Source: Aurantimicrobium sp. (GTDB lineage: Bacteria > Actinomycetota > Actinomycetes > Actinomycetales > Microbacteriaceae). Taken from it: a DNA stretch of 64,000 bases. This document shows, one piece after another, positions 39,070 to 48,388 of the stretch (the first letter of the stretch is position 1; every line of letters starts with the position of its first letter). The stretch is taken from contig JAHEGZ010000007.1 of NCBI GenBank assembly GCA_024644865.1, positions 19,677 to 83,676 on the forward strand, read 5' to 3'. The notes below the pieces were generated by a model. It searched no databases, was not told the DNA's origin, and was given only the letters and a program-made list of their open reading frames with translations. The position numbers and the translations under genes are program-made.

Positions 39070-39921
39070 CTAAGCCGGGGTGACACCGAAGGCTTCGGCG
39101 AGCTTTTGGATCTTCTCGGCGCGACCCAGACGAGGCAGGTCACTTCCGTCTCGAATCACGCGACCGCGTGACTCGAAGTCGGCCAGGAAGTCTTGGGCCC
39201 AGGAGACGTCGGATCGGGTCGGGCTAATCGCTTCGTTGATGACCGGAATCTGCTCAAGATCGAGGCATAACTTTCCGGTGAGTCCGAGGGCCACGGCCAG
39301 TTCTGACTTCTCACGAAGGATGGGATGGCTAGTTCCTACCGTCGGCCCATCAATCGGGCCGGGCAGGTCACCAATGCGGCTGGCAACGACCAGACGAGAA
39401 CGCGGATAGGCCATGGCCAGGTCATCCACGCTCGTGCCGGTGTCGCGGCGGTAATCACCGCTTCCGAATGCCAGACGGAAGACCCCACGAGCACAGGCGA
39501 TATTGCGGGCCTCCTCGATACCCAGGGCGGACTCGATCAGCGCCAGAACGGGGGTTGCGCCACCGAGTCGATCAAAGGTCTCAGTGACGTGGCTGGCGTC
39601 GTCGACCTTAGCCAGCATCACGCCCAGGAGACCTGGAGCACCGCGGAGCCCGTCGATGTCGTGTGACCAGAACGAGCTGGTGCGGTCGTTGATGCGCACC
39701 CATCCGGTTCCGCCGTTTTCGAGAAAGGCGCGCACGTCGGCGAGCGCCTGCGGTTTGTCTTTGGGGTCGACCGCATCTTCGATGTCGAGAATGATCTGGT
39801 CGGCGCGCGAATTCTCAGCGACGGCGAAGCGCTCTGGATGCGTTCCCGAGACAAGTAGCCAGGATCGCGAAATCTCAGGGGCTACCCGAGGGCGAGAAGA
39901 AGAAGACACGCTCGTCATCAT
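39070..39921 (-). CDS. HpcH/HpaI aldolase / citrate lyase beta subunit (CitE)-like lyase
   Basis: RSWLLVSG, DQIILDIEDAV, VRIN, and ALIESALGIEEA are CitE-like motifs. Confidence 0.8.
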   Translation of the reverse strand: MMTSVSSSSRPRVAPEISRSWLLVSGTHPERFAVAENSRADQIILDIEDAVDPKDKPQALADVRAFLENGGTGWVRINDRTSSFWSHDIDGLRGAPGLLGVMLAKVDDASHVTETFDRLGGATPVLALIESALGIEEARNIACARGVFRLAFGSGDYRRDTGTSVDDLAMAYPRSRLVVASRIGDLPGPIDGPTVGTSHPILREKSELAVALGLTGKLCLDLEQIPVINEAISPTRSDVSWAQDFLADFESRGRVIRDGSDLPRLGRAEKIQKLAEAFGVTPA

Positions 39922-40010
39922 AACGACGCGCGTCGACGCCTTGCTCCCCCGCAGTTTCGATGCCTGCTATCGCATCGGCGCAAGGGGCCCGAAAAAACTA
40001 AACTCACATC

Positions 40011-40796
40011 GTGGCCGAAAAACCTGCACCAACGCGCTCCGTTACCGGACGCGCACTCGCTGTGCTCGACACGTTCGACGCCACACACCGACGCCAATCG
40101 CTCGCGGCAATATCCCGGCGTTCTGGGTTGCCCCTCACGACGGTGCACCGGCTCGTGCACGAACTTGAAAACCAATCGGCGCTCGTTCGGGGTTCGGACG
40201 GCGACTACGAAATCGGAAGCAAGATCTGGCGGTTGGGCATCCTCGCCTCTGTGCACTCCGAGCTTCGCGAAGTGGCTCTGCCCTACATGGAAGACGTGTA
40301 CCAACTGGGAAACGACGCCGTGCAGATTGCCGTGCTTGACGGGCTGCGCTGTCTGGTGGTCGACCGTATTGCCGGCTCGCGCACCATGGAAGTACTGAGT
40401 AAACCGGGATCTCGCCTGCCCCTCCACGCCACCGGCGTGGGCAAGGTGTTGCTCGCGTTCGGTGACAAAGATCTTCAGGATGCCGTGCTGGGCTCACTCG
40501 ACAAGTTCACTGACCAGACCATCACCGACGCCGGCAAACTCGCGACGCAACTGCAGACGATTCGGGTCCAGGGTTTTGCCCAGACGTACGAGGAGCTCGA
40601 TGCCGGTGCATCCTCGATTGCCGTGCCGCTGCGCGGCAAGGGCGGAAAAGTTATTGCGGCCCTGGGAATCGTGGCACCCGCCGGCGTGCGCGACATCGGC
40701 AAAATGGTGCCCGTCATGCAGGTCACCGGCGCCGCCCTGTCGAAGAAACTCGTCGAGGCCGGTCTCGGTGACGCGTCTCGACTGCCCACCGACTAA
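40011..40796 (+). CDS. IclR-family transcriptional regulator
   Basis: RALAVLDTF...LAAISRRSGLPLTTVHRLVHELE gives the HTH, followed by an IclR effector domain (LHATGVGKVLLAF). It is divergent from the CitE-like gene and upstream of the lig operon. Confidence 0.9.
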   Translation: MAEKPAPTRSVTGRALAVLDTFDATHRRQSLAAISRRSGLPLTTVHRLVHELENQSALVRGSDGDYEIGSKIWRLGILASVHSELREVALPYMEDVYQLGNDAVQIAVLDGLRCLVVDRIAGSRTMEVLSKPGSRLPLHATGVGKVLLAFGDKDLQDAVLGSLDKFTDQTITDAGKLATQLQTIRVQGFAQTYEELDAGASSIAVPLRGKGGKVIAALGIVAPAGVRDIGKMVPVMQVTGAALSKKLVEAGLGDASRLPTD

Positions 40797-40902
40797 TCTC
40801 CGGTCACAGATTAGCCTTCCGGTATCCGGAATGCTTGTTGGTTTTCTGCAGGCGAATGCTGTTGCCTAGACACAGGCTTATTTGCGCATTCAAAGGAGAA
40901 CC

Positions 40903-41586
40903 ATGGCTCGCGTCGTTCGAGGCACACCCCGCACCCCGCTCGAGATTGTTGACGGTCTCGCCAAGCTCGGCGTCGCCACTGTTCATGAGGCACAGGGCCG
41001 CATCGGCCTGCTGGATGTTCGACTGCGCCCGATCTTCCCGGCGATGATTGCGGGCAACGCGCTAACCTGCGAGGTCGCCCCCGGTGACAACTGGATGATT
41101 CACGTGGCCGTCGAGCAGGCTCAGCCCGGCGACATTCTCGTGGTGACACCCACCAGCCCCTGCGACGACGGCTACCTCGGCGACCTGCTGGCCGAGAGCC
41201 TCATGGCCCACGGCGTGCGCGGGCTGGTCATCGACGCCGGTGTTCGCGACGTCGCCACCCTCACCGAGATGGGGTTCCCCGTCTGGGCCAAGACCATCGG
41301 CGCGCAGGGCACCGTCAAAGAGACGGTCGCCAACGTGCAGACTCCGATCGTGATTGCGAACCAAGCAGTTCGCCCCGGTGACGTCATCGTCGCTGACATT
41401 GACGGCGTCGTCGTGGTTCGCCGCGAAGACGCCGCTGAGGTGCTCAAGAAAGCTCAGGAGCGTGAAGCCAACGAGGCGGGCAAGCGCCAGCGTCTGGCGA
41501 CCAAAGAACTCGGTCTCGACATCTACAACATGCGCGAAAAGCTCGCCGCTAAGGGACTGGTCTACGAGGACTACCAGGGTGAATAA
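40903..41586 (+). CDS. ligK: 4-carboxy-4-hydroxy-2-oxoadipate aldolase / oxaloacetate decarboxylase
   Basis: AAAGGAGA precedes ATG 40903. [51 protein letters not shown] and [14 protein letters not shown] closely parallel Sphingobium LigK (RraA fold). Confidence 0.9.
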   Translation: MARVVRGTPRTPLEIVDGLAKLGVATVHEAQGRIGLLDVRLRPIFPAMIAGNALTCEVAPGDNWMIHVAVEQAQPGDILVVTPTSPCDDGYLGDLLAESLMAHGVRGLVIDAGVRDVATLTEMGFPVWAKTIGAQGTVKETVANVQTPIVIANQAVRPGDVIVADIDGVVVVRREDAAEVLKKAQEREANEAGKRQRLATKELGLDIYNMREKLAAKGLVYEDYQGE

Positions 41587-42679
41587 CTCTCAGGTCGCCG
41601 TCGACTGCGTGGTCATGCGCGGTGGAACATCCAAGGGGCTCTACTTCATGGAGAGCGACTTGCCGCGCGAGCGCGAAGCCCGCGACCGCTTTCTGCTCGC
41701 CGCCATGGGTTCACCCGATGTGCGCGAGATCGATGGGCTCGGAGGCGGACACCCGCTGACGTCAAAGGTCGCCGTGGTGAGCAAGTCTGCTCGCGAGGGC
41801 ATCGATGTTGACTATCTGTTCTTGCAGGTGTGGCCCGATCGCGCCGAGGTAAGTGATACCCAGAACTGCGGCAACATTCTTGCCGGCGTTGGTCCGTTCG
41901 CCATCGAAAAGGGTCTTGTCGCCGCCCAGGATGGCATTACTCCGGTTGCCATCTTCATGGTCAACACCGACTCGAAGGCCACCGCGTTCGTCGAGACGCC
42001 CGGTGGCGTTGTGAACTACGCGGGTTCCGCTCGCATCGATGGCGTGCCCGGAACACACGCTCCGATCAACATCAACTTTGAAGATGTCGCCGGTTCCAGC
42101 TGCGGTGCGCTGCTGCCAACCGGCAACGTGATCGACACCGTGAACGGCGTCGAGGTGACCTGTGTCGACAACGGAATGCCCGTGGTGTGTCTGAACGCGT
42201 CTGACTTTGGCATCACCGGATATGAGACCCCCGCCGAACTCGAGGCAAACACCGAACTCAAAACTCGAGTCGAAGAGATTCGCCTGGCAGTCGGCCCGCT
42301 GATGAACCTCGGTGACGTCACGAACAAGACCGTGCCCAAGATGAGCCTGCTCGCCAAAGCACAAGATGGTGGACTGCTCAGCACGCGCACGTTCATTCCC
42401 CACCGCGTCCACGAGTCCATCGGAGTACTCGGCGCTGTTTCCGTCGCCACGGCATGCATGCTCGAGGGCAGTGTGGCCGCCAATATCGCCGGGCTTGAAA
42501 CCGTGGGATCGAGCCTCGAGGTGGAGGTTGAACACCCCACCGGCTTCTTCACGGTGACCATGGAGGTCGACAACTCGTCCGGCACCCCCGTCGTCACCAA
42601 ATCAGCTCTGCTGCGCACCGCCCGCATGCTCATGTCGGGTTCCGTTTATGTCCTCGAATCCGCTTGGGAGAACAAGTAA
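41579..42679 (+). CDS. ligU: 4-oxalomesaconate tautomerase / delta-isomerase (PrpF family, LigU/GalD type)
   Basis: GTG 41579 overlaps the ligK stop by 8 nt. [16 protein letters not shown] and [15 protein letters not shown] are PrpF-family motifs. The ORF-track entry 41354-42679 is an upstream read-through of the ligK frame overlap. Confidence 0.8.
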   Translation: MNNSQVAVDCVVMRGGTSKGLYFMESDLPREREARDRFLLAAMGSPDVREIDGLGGGHPLTSKVAVVSKSAREGIDVDYLFLQVWPDRAEVSDTQNCGNILAGVGPFAIEKGLVAAQDGITPVAIFMVNTDSKATAFVETPGGVVNYAGSARIDGVPGTHAPININFEDVAGSSCGALLPTGNVIDTVNGVEVTCVDNGMPVVCLNASDFGITGYETPAELEANTELKTRVEEIRLAVGPLMNLGDVTNKTVPKMSLLAKAQDGGLLSTRTFIPHRVHESIGVLGAVSVATACMLEGSVAANIAGLETVGSSLEVEVEHPTGFFTVTMEVDNSSGTPVVTKSALLRTARMLMSGSVYVLESAWENK

Positions 42680-43699
42680 ATGATCATCGACTGCCACGGT
42701 CACTACACGACCGCACCTGAGGCGCACAATCAGTGGCGCATCGACCAGCTCGCTGCGTTCAAGGCAGGCCAGCCCAGCCCGGCATATCCCGAAATCTCGG
42801 ATGAGGTCATCATCGAGTCGATCGAGAAGAACCAGCTCAAGCTGATTACCGAGCGTGGCTCAGACCTGACGATTTTCTCGCCGCGCGCATCCGCAATGGG
42901 ACACCACGAGGGCGACCAGCGCATCAGCCTGGAGTGGACGGTCGCGTGCAACAACCTCATCAAGCGCGTTGTTGACCTCTTTCCCGACACTTTTGTTGGC
43001 GTGGCCCAGCTCCCCCAGTCGCCCGGCGCGGACCTCACCGCCACCATCGCCGAGATGGAGCGTTGCATCAACGAGCTCGGCTTCATCGGCGTGAACCTCA
43101 ACCCCGACCCCAGCGGCGGAATGTGGCAGACCAAGCCGCTGACCGACAAGTCGTGGTATCCCCTGTACGAGAAGATGGTAGAACTCGACGTGCCCGCGAT
43201 GATTCACGTGTCGGCTTCGTGCAACGAGAATTTCCACGCCACCGGCGCGCACTACATGAACGCCGACACCACGGCTTTCATGCAGCTAATCCAGGGCAAC
43301 CTGTTCGCTGACTTCCCGACACTGAAGTTCATCATTCCTCACGGCGGCGGAGCTGTTCCCTACCACTGGGGTCGTTACCGCGGTCTGGCAGACATGCTCA
43401 AGCAGCCCAACCTGTCGACCCACCTCATGAACAACGTGTTCTTCGACACCTGCGTGTACCACCAGCCCGGCATCGACCTGCTGGTTGAGGTTATCGACAA
43501 CAAGAACATCCTGTTTGGCTCGGAGATGATCGGTGCCGTTCGCGGCATCGACCCCACCACCGGCCAGTACTTCGATGACACCAAACGCTACATCGACGCC
43601 GCGAAGATCAGCGACGCTCAACGCGAGGCCATTTTCGAGGGGAACACCCGCAAGGTCTTCTCTCGCCTGAACAAGAAACTCGTGGAGGCCGGAAAATGA
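42680..43699 (+). CDS. ligJ: 4-oxalomesaconate hydratase (amidohydrolase_2 family)
   Basis: MIIDCHGHYT and WYPLYEKMVELDVPAMIHVS closely parallel Sphingobium LigJ. Confidence 0.9.
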   Translation: MIIDCHGHYTTAPEAHNQWRIDQLAAFKAGQPSPAYPEISDEVIIESIEKNQLKLITERGSDLTIFSPRASAMGHHEGDQRISLEWTVACNNLIKRVVDLFPDTFVGVAQLPQSPGADLTATIAEMERCINELGFIGVNLNPDPSGGMWQTKPLTDKSWYPLYEKMVELDVPAMIHVSASCNENFHATGAHYMNADTTAFMQLIQGNLFADFPTLKFIIPHGGGAVPYHWGRYRGLADMLKQPNLSTHLMNNVFFDTCVYHQPGIDLLVEVIDNKNILFGSEMIGAVRGIDPTTGQYFDDTKRYIDAAKISDAQREAIFEGNTRKVFSRLNKKLVEAGK

Positions 43700-44586
43700 G
43701 CCCAGCATTCGTAAAAGACGCCGACTGGCTCGACTGGCACCCGAATCCCAGCAAGCCGACGTTTGTGGTTCCGGCCGGTGCGGTGGATGCCCACTGCCAC
43801 GTGTTCGGTCCGGGCGATGTATTCCCGTTCGCACCCGAGCGCAAATACACCCCCTGCGACGCCAGCTGGGAGCAGCTGTTCGCGCTGCGCGACTTCCTCG
43901 GATTTGAGAAGAATGTCGTTGTTCAGGCGACCTGCCACGGTTCAGACAACTCGGCGCTTCTCGACGTGCTCGAGCGAGCCGACGGCAAGGCCCGCGGCGT
44001 TGTCACCGTCAAATCAGACATCAGCGTCGAAGAACTCGAACGGATGCACGCACTGGGTGTTCGCGGCGTTCGGTTCAACTACGTCAAGCGCTTGGTCGAC
44101 CCCAAGCCCGATGACTACTACCGCGCAATCATCGAGAAGATTCGCCCGTTGGGATGGCACGTGGTGCTCTACTTCGAGCCCGCCGACCTTCGCGAAAAAA
44201 AGGACTTCTTCAACTCGCTGAACATCCCGCTCGTCATCGATCACATGGGTCGACCCGACGTGACCAAGCCTGTCGACAATGAGGAGTTCGAGTTGTTCCT
44301 CGACTTCATGCGCGGCAACCCCGACATCTGGTGCAAGGTCAGCTGCCCCGACCGCTTGACGGTCAGCGGCTCCCCCCTGTACTCGGATGTCATCCCGTTC
44401 GCCAAGAAGATCGTCGAGGAGTTCCCCGACCGCGTTCTCTGGGGTACGGACTGGCCCCACCCGAACATGAAGAAGGAGATGCCCGATGACGGCATCCTCG
44501 TCGACTACGTTCCGTCGATTGCGACGACCCCCGAGCTGCAGCAAAAGCTGCTCGTCACCAACCCGAACAACCTGTACTGGAGCTAA
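43696..44586 (+). CDS. ligI: 2-pyrone-4,6-dicarboxylate hydrolase
   Basis: Amidohydrolase fold with VDAHCHVFGP, IDHMGRP and WGTDWPHP. Confidence 0.85.
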   Translation: MSPAFVKDADWLDWHPNPSKPTFVVPAGAVDAHCHVFGPGDVFPFAPERKYTPCDASWEQLFALRDFLGFEKNVVVQATCHGSDNSALLDVLERADGKARGVVTVKSDISVEELERMHALGVRGVRFNYVKRLVDPKPDDYYRAIIEKIRPLGWHVVLYFEPADLREKKDFFNSLNIPLVIDHMGRPDVTKPVDNEEFELFLDFMRGNPDIWCKVSCPDRLTVSGSPLYSDVIPFAKKIVEEFPDRVLWGTDWPHPNMKKEMPDDGILVDYVPSIATTPELQQKLLVTNPNNLYWS

Positions 44587-44588
44587 TC

Positions 44589-44987
44589 ATGAAGCCCAAT
44601 TTTGAGCCGTTCAATGACATTCCCGGCACGACCATCTTCACCATCGAGAAGGCGCGTGAGGGATTCCACCTCAACCAGTTCTGCATGAGCCTGCGCACGG
44701 AAGAGAACCGCAAACGATTTCTGGCCGACGGTCCGGCATACCTAGCTGAATGGCCCATGACGGACGAGCAAAAGCAGGCCGTCATCGACCGTGACTTCCA
44801 GAAGATGCTCGACCTCGGTGGAAACGTTTACTTTCTGTCGAAGATTTTCGCCTCTGAAGGAATGTCATACGTGCAGGCGGTCAGCACCATGACCGACATG
44901 AGCGCTGAGGAATACCAGGCGATGATGGTGGCCGGTGGCCGCAACATCGAAGGATGGCGCTCCAAGAAGGAACGAGGAGAAGCGTAA
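44589..44987 (+). CDS. ligA: protocatechuate 4,5-dioxygenase alpha subunit
   Basis: DIPGTTIFTIEKAREGFHLNQFCMSL...GGNVYFLSKIF parallels LigA. Confidence 0.9.
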   Translation: MKPNFEPFNDIPGTTIFTIEKAREGFHLNQFCMSLRTEENRKRFLADGPAYLAEWPMTDEQKQAVIDRDFQKMLDLGGNVYFLSKIFASEGMSYVQAVSTMTDMSAEEYQAMMVAGGRNIEGWRSKKERGEA

Positions 44988-45832
44988 TGGCCAAGATTGT
45001 TGCTGGAATTACGACCAGTCACGTCCCCGCCGTCGGCCACGCTGTCGACGCAGGTAAAGAGAAAGAGCCCTACTGGGCTCCCATGTTCGAGGGCTACGAG
45101 TTCTCGAAGCAGTGGGTGAAAGACAACCCCGCCGATGTCGACATCATCGTCTACAACGACCACGCGTCGTACTTCGGTATGGAGATCATGCCCACCTTTG
45201 CGATGGGCATCGCCGACAACTACGCCATCTGTGACGAGGGATACGGTCGTCGCCCCATCCCCGACGTCGAGGGCGCACCCGAACTGTCGACACACATCGC
45301 GGCATCGCTCATCACCGACGACTTCGACATGACGATTCTCAACGTGCTCGAGGTTGACCACGGTTTGACCGTGCCGATGTCGCTGATGTACGGCACCCCC
45401 GAGAAGTGGCCGACCAAGGTCATCCCGCTGCCCGTCAACGTGGTGATGAACCCTCAGCCTTCCGGCGAGCGCTGCCTGTCGCTCGGCAAGGCCATCAAGC
45501 GCGCGGTCGAGAGCTTCGACGGCGATGTGAAGGTACGCATCTGGGGAACCGGTGGCATGAGCCACCAGATTCAGGGTGCACGCGCGGGCCTCATCAACCT
45601 CCCTTGGGACATCCAGTTCATGGATGACCTCATCAACCAGCCCGAGGTGCTGCAGTACAAGCCACACCTCGAGTACATGATTGAGGCGGGCTCTGAGGGC
45701 GTTGAGCTCATCATGTGGCTGATCATGCGTGGCGCCCTCGGCGACAAGGTCAATGAGGTCTACCGCTTCAACCACGTGCCCGCATCGAACACCTCGGTCG
45801 GCCACCTGATCCTCACTCCCAAGGAAGACTAA
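44987..45832 (+). CDS. ligB: protocatechuate 4,5-dioxygenase beta subunit
   Basis: MAKIVAGITTSHVPAVG...IIVYNDHASYFGMEIMPTFAMG parallels LigB. The ATG shares one nucleotide with the ligA stop (TAATG). Confidence 0.9.
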   Translation: MAKIVAGITTSHVPAVGHAVDAGKEKEPYWAPMFEGYEFSKQWVKDNPADVDIIVYNDHASYFGMEIMPTFAMGIADNYAICDEGYGRRPIPDVEGAPELSTHIAASLITDDFDMTILNVLEVDHGLTVPMSLMYGTPEKWPTKVIPLPVNVVMNPQPSGERCLSLGKAIKRAVESFDGDVKVRIWGTGGMSHQIQGARAGLINLPWDIQFMDDLINQPEVLQYKPHLEYMIEAGSEGVELIMWLIMRGALGDKVNEVYRFNHVPASNTSVGHLILTPKED

Positions 45833-45834
45833 GC

Positions 45835-46785
45835 ATGACCGTCAATCTCGCAGTTGTTGGCCTCGGTGCCTTCGGCCAGAAGCACCTAGACGCCCTGGCA
45901 AACATCCCTGACGCCAAGATTCAGTATGTGGCTCACAGCCGCCAGAACATTGCTGATGAGGTAGCCGAGAAGTACGGCGCCAAGGCCGGCTTTGACAGCT
46001 ACACCGAGCTGCTCAAGCAGCCCGATCTCGACGGTGTTCTGCTGGCCACCCCCACCCAGATGCACCACGCACAGACCATCGAGGGACTGCGCGCGGGCAA
46101 GCACGTCATGGTTGAGATTCCCATGGGTGACAACCTGGCCGGCGTTCAAGAGATCGTGGATGTTCAGCGCGAGACGGGCAAGATTGCCATGGCAGGGCAC
46201 ACCCGCCGTTTCAACCCGTCGCACCAGTACGTTCACAACCTCATCACCGCTGGCGAGTTCAACATTCAGCAGATGGATGTGCAAACGTACTTCTTCCGTC
46301 GTACGAACATGAACGCCATGGGCAACCCTCGCTCATGGACTGACCACTTGCTGTGGCACCACGCCGCTCACACGGTCGACCTGTTCGCGTACCAGACCGG
46401 CGAGAAGATCGTGAAGGCCAACGCGATTCAAGGGCCGAAGCATCCTGAGCTCGGCATCGCGATGGACATGTCGATTCAGCTCAAGACTGAGTCGGGCAAG
46501 ATCTGCACCTTGTCGCTGTCGTTCAACAACGACGGCCCGCTGGGAACGTTCTTTAGGTACATCGGTGACACCAACACGTTTATCGCTCGCTACGACGACC
46601 TGTTCACGGGCAAAGAAGAGCAGATTGACGTGTCGAAGGTGGCTGTGTCGATGAACGGCATCGAACTCCAAGACCGTGAGTTTGTGAGCGCAATCGTCGA
46701 GGGCCGCGAGCCCAACTCGAGCGTGGCTCAGGTTTTGCCCTGCTACGTGGTACTCGACGAACTGCAGCAGCAGCTCGAGTACTAG
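45835..46785 (+). CDS. ligC: 4-carboxy-2-hydroxymuconate-6-semialdehyde dehydrogenase (Gfo/Idh/MocA family)
   Basis: VVGLGAFGQKHLDAL...ATPTQMHHAQTIEGLRAGKHVMVEIP parallels LigC. Confidence 0.85.
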   Translation: MTVNLAVVGLGAFGQKHLDALANIPDAKIQYVAHSRQNIADEVAEKYGAKAGFDSYTELLKQPDLDGVLLATPTQMHHAQTIEGLRAGKHVMVEIPMGDNLAGVQEIVDVQRETGKIAMAGHTRRFNPSHQYVHNLITAGEFNIQQMDVQTYFFRRTNMNAMGNPRSWTDHLLWHHAAHTVDLFAYQTGEKIVKANAIQGPKHPELGIAMDMSIQLKTESGKICTLSLSFNNDGPLGTFFRYIGDTNTFIARYDDLFTGKEEQIDVSKVAVSMNGIELQDREFVSAIVEGREPNSSVAQVLPCYVVLDELQQQLEY

Positions 46786-47489
46786 CTCTTCGCGTGCGGG
46801 ATCTTCTTGCTGTGCATGATGCGCCCGTGTGTGAACTGGATGGGCGCGAGCATCGTGCTCTCGAAGCCGCTCTCGCTGAGCAGCTCGACGACGTCTTGCA
46901 TGTCCATTTGGCGACGCTTGAAGTTGACTGAGGTGTCGGCGAGATAGTTCTGCGCCGTCTGCGCGGTGCTGGTCTCGAAGGTGCGCAGGATTTCTTGGTG
47001 CATCCAGTCGGCCTGACCAAGTGTTTCGGCGGCCCAGAGAGCGTCGACGAGAACGTTGGCGATGCCGTTGTCGAGCAGGCTTCGCAACAGAGTGCGAGCC
47101 GCGGCCTGCCCGGGAATATCTGAGATCACCTCGACGTCAGCCTGATCGGCGAGTAGCTCGGCCAGGCGGGCTGCACCAGGTCCGGATGCGGTCAATACCA
47201 GATCGTAGAAAGCAACGTCGGTAAAAGTGCCGGCGGGCAAAACCTCGGCCAGGCTGCGCTTGAGCGCGGGGGTTCCGGGGGTGAGGTCGGCGTAGACGGC
47301 ACCAGCGGCAAGGGCATCCGCGTTCTCACGCGCGGTTTTCAGCGCCTGAATCGGCGAGGTCGCCGAGAACACCACCTGTGCGTCAGCAATCGTGTCGACG
47401 AGCTGAGCGCCGCTAGCCGTGAGCGCACCAATAAACCGATCGAGGTCGGGGTGTGCCCCGAGTATGGCGATGCGCGGGGTGTCAGTCAT
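46782..47489 (-). CDS. hypothetical protein, possibly NAD(P)-binding/DUF1932-like with a degenerate Rossmann motif
   Basis: 235 aa. The N-terminus IAILGAHPDLDRF resembles a Rossmann beta1-loop but lacks GxGxxG. The C-terminal half is helical. It is convergent with ligC, with a 4-nt overlap. Confidence 0.45.
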   Translation of the reverse strand: MTDTPRIAILGAHPDLDRFIGALTASGAQLVDTIADAQVVFSATSPIQALKTARENADALAAGAVYADLTPGTPALKRSLAEVLPAGTFTDVAFYDLVLTASGPGAARLAELLADQADVEVISDIPGQAAARTLLRSLLDNGIANVLVDALWAAETLGQADWMHQEILRTFETSTAQTAQNYLADTSVNFKRRQMDMQDVVELLSESGFESTMLAPIQFTHGRIMHSKKIPHAKS

Positions 47490-47515
47490 GGCTCAATTCT
47501 CTCGTATCGACGCGA

Positions 47516-48280
47516 CTAGCGACTCTCGTCGAGCTCTTTTGAAATGGATGCAGCCGCTTGGGTGAGCGTGGCAACCAGGCGATTCGTGTCGAGCCGCGCA
47601 AGGTGCACGACCACGCCTACCGCAGCGACACACTTGTCTCCGCGCATGATGGGAACAGCGATCGACCCACTCCCGGCGGTCATCTCTTGACGGGTAATCG
47701 AGTACCCGCGAACCCGCACCTCGGCCAGGTCAGCGCGCAGCGCTGCTGGGTCAACAATCGATTGCGGCATGGGCTTGACCAGCGGAGTGGTCAGGTAGCG
47801 CTCAATGGCGGCCGGCGACTGGTACGCCAGAAGCACCTTGCCGACACCGGTCGTGTGCAGGGGCAAGTGACCACCCGCGCGACTAATCGTGGGCACACTT
47901 CGCTCACCTACCAAACGGTCGACGTAGAGCGCCTGACCGCGGTCGAGAACCGCGAGGGTGACGTTCTCGCCGGTCTCTTCATAGAGACGAGCAAGCGTCG
48001 GCAGAGCGCTCTCGCGCAGACGGTCACTCAGCGGTGCGTGCTGCGCGATCGTCCAAAGTCGGGTGCCCACGCGAAACTTGCGGTCGGCACCCTTGCTCAA
48101 GAATCCGCCCTCGACCAGGGTTGCCACAATGCGGTGGCAGGTCGACATGGGCAGCTTGGTCAGCTCGGCGATTTCGGTCAGCGTGAGGTCGTGGTGGTTC
48201 GGATCGAAGCAGCCAAGGATCTCCATCGCGCGCTCGAGAAGGGCAGTTGGCGCCCCGGTTTGTGCTCGTGCCGGACTCAT
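47516..48280 (-). CDS. IclR-family transcriptional regulator (PobR-like position, divergent from pobA)
   Basis: 254 aa. It aligns without gaps to the IclR gene at 38197-38961, with long identical runs. Confidence 0.9.
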   Translation of the reverse strand: MSPARAQTGAPTALLERAMEILGCFDPNHHDLTLTEIAELTKLPMSTCHRIVATLVEGGFLSKGADRKFRVGTRLWTIAQHAPLSDRLRESALPTLARLYEETGENVTLAVLDRGQALYVDRLVGERSVPTISRAGGHLPLHTTGVGKVLLAYQSPAAIERYLTTPLVKPMPQSIVDPAALRADLAEVRVRGYSITRQEMTAGSGSIAVPIMRGDKCVAAVGVVVHLARLDTNRLVATLTQAAASISKELDESR

Positions 48281-48388
48281 GACCCGCTCCCTCGACGAAA
48301 TTTCATGCTATGGAAGTTTATCCTTGTTTGCCCTTGAGTCGCACGAATAAATAGAGGTACGCACTCCCCCTCAATCAAAGGTTTAGCA

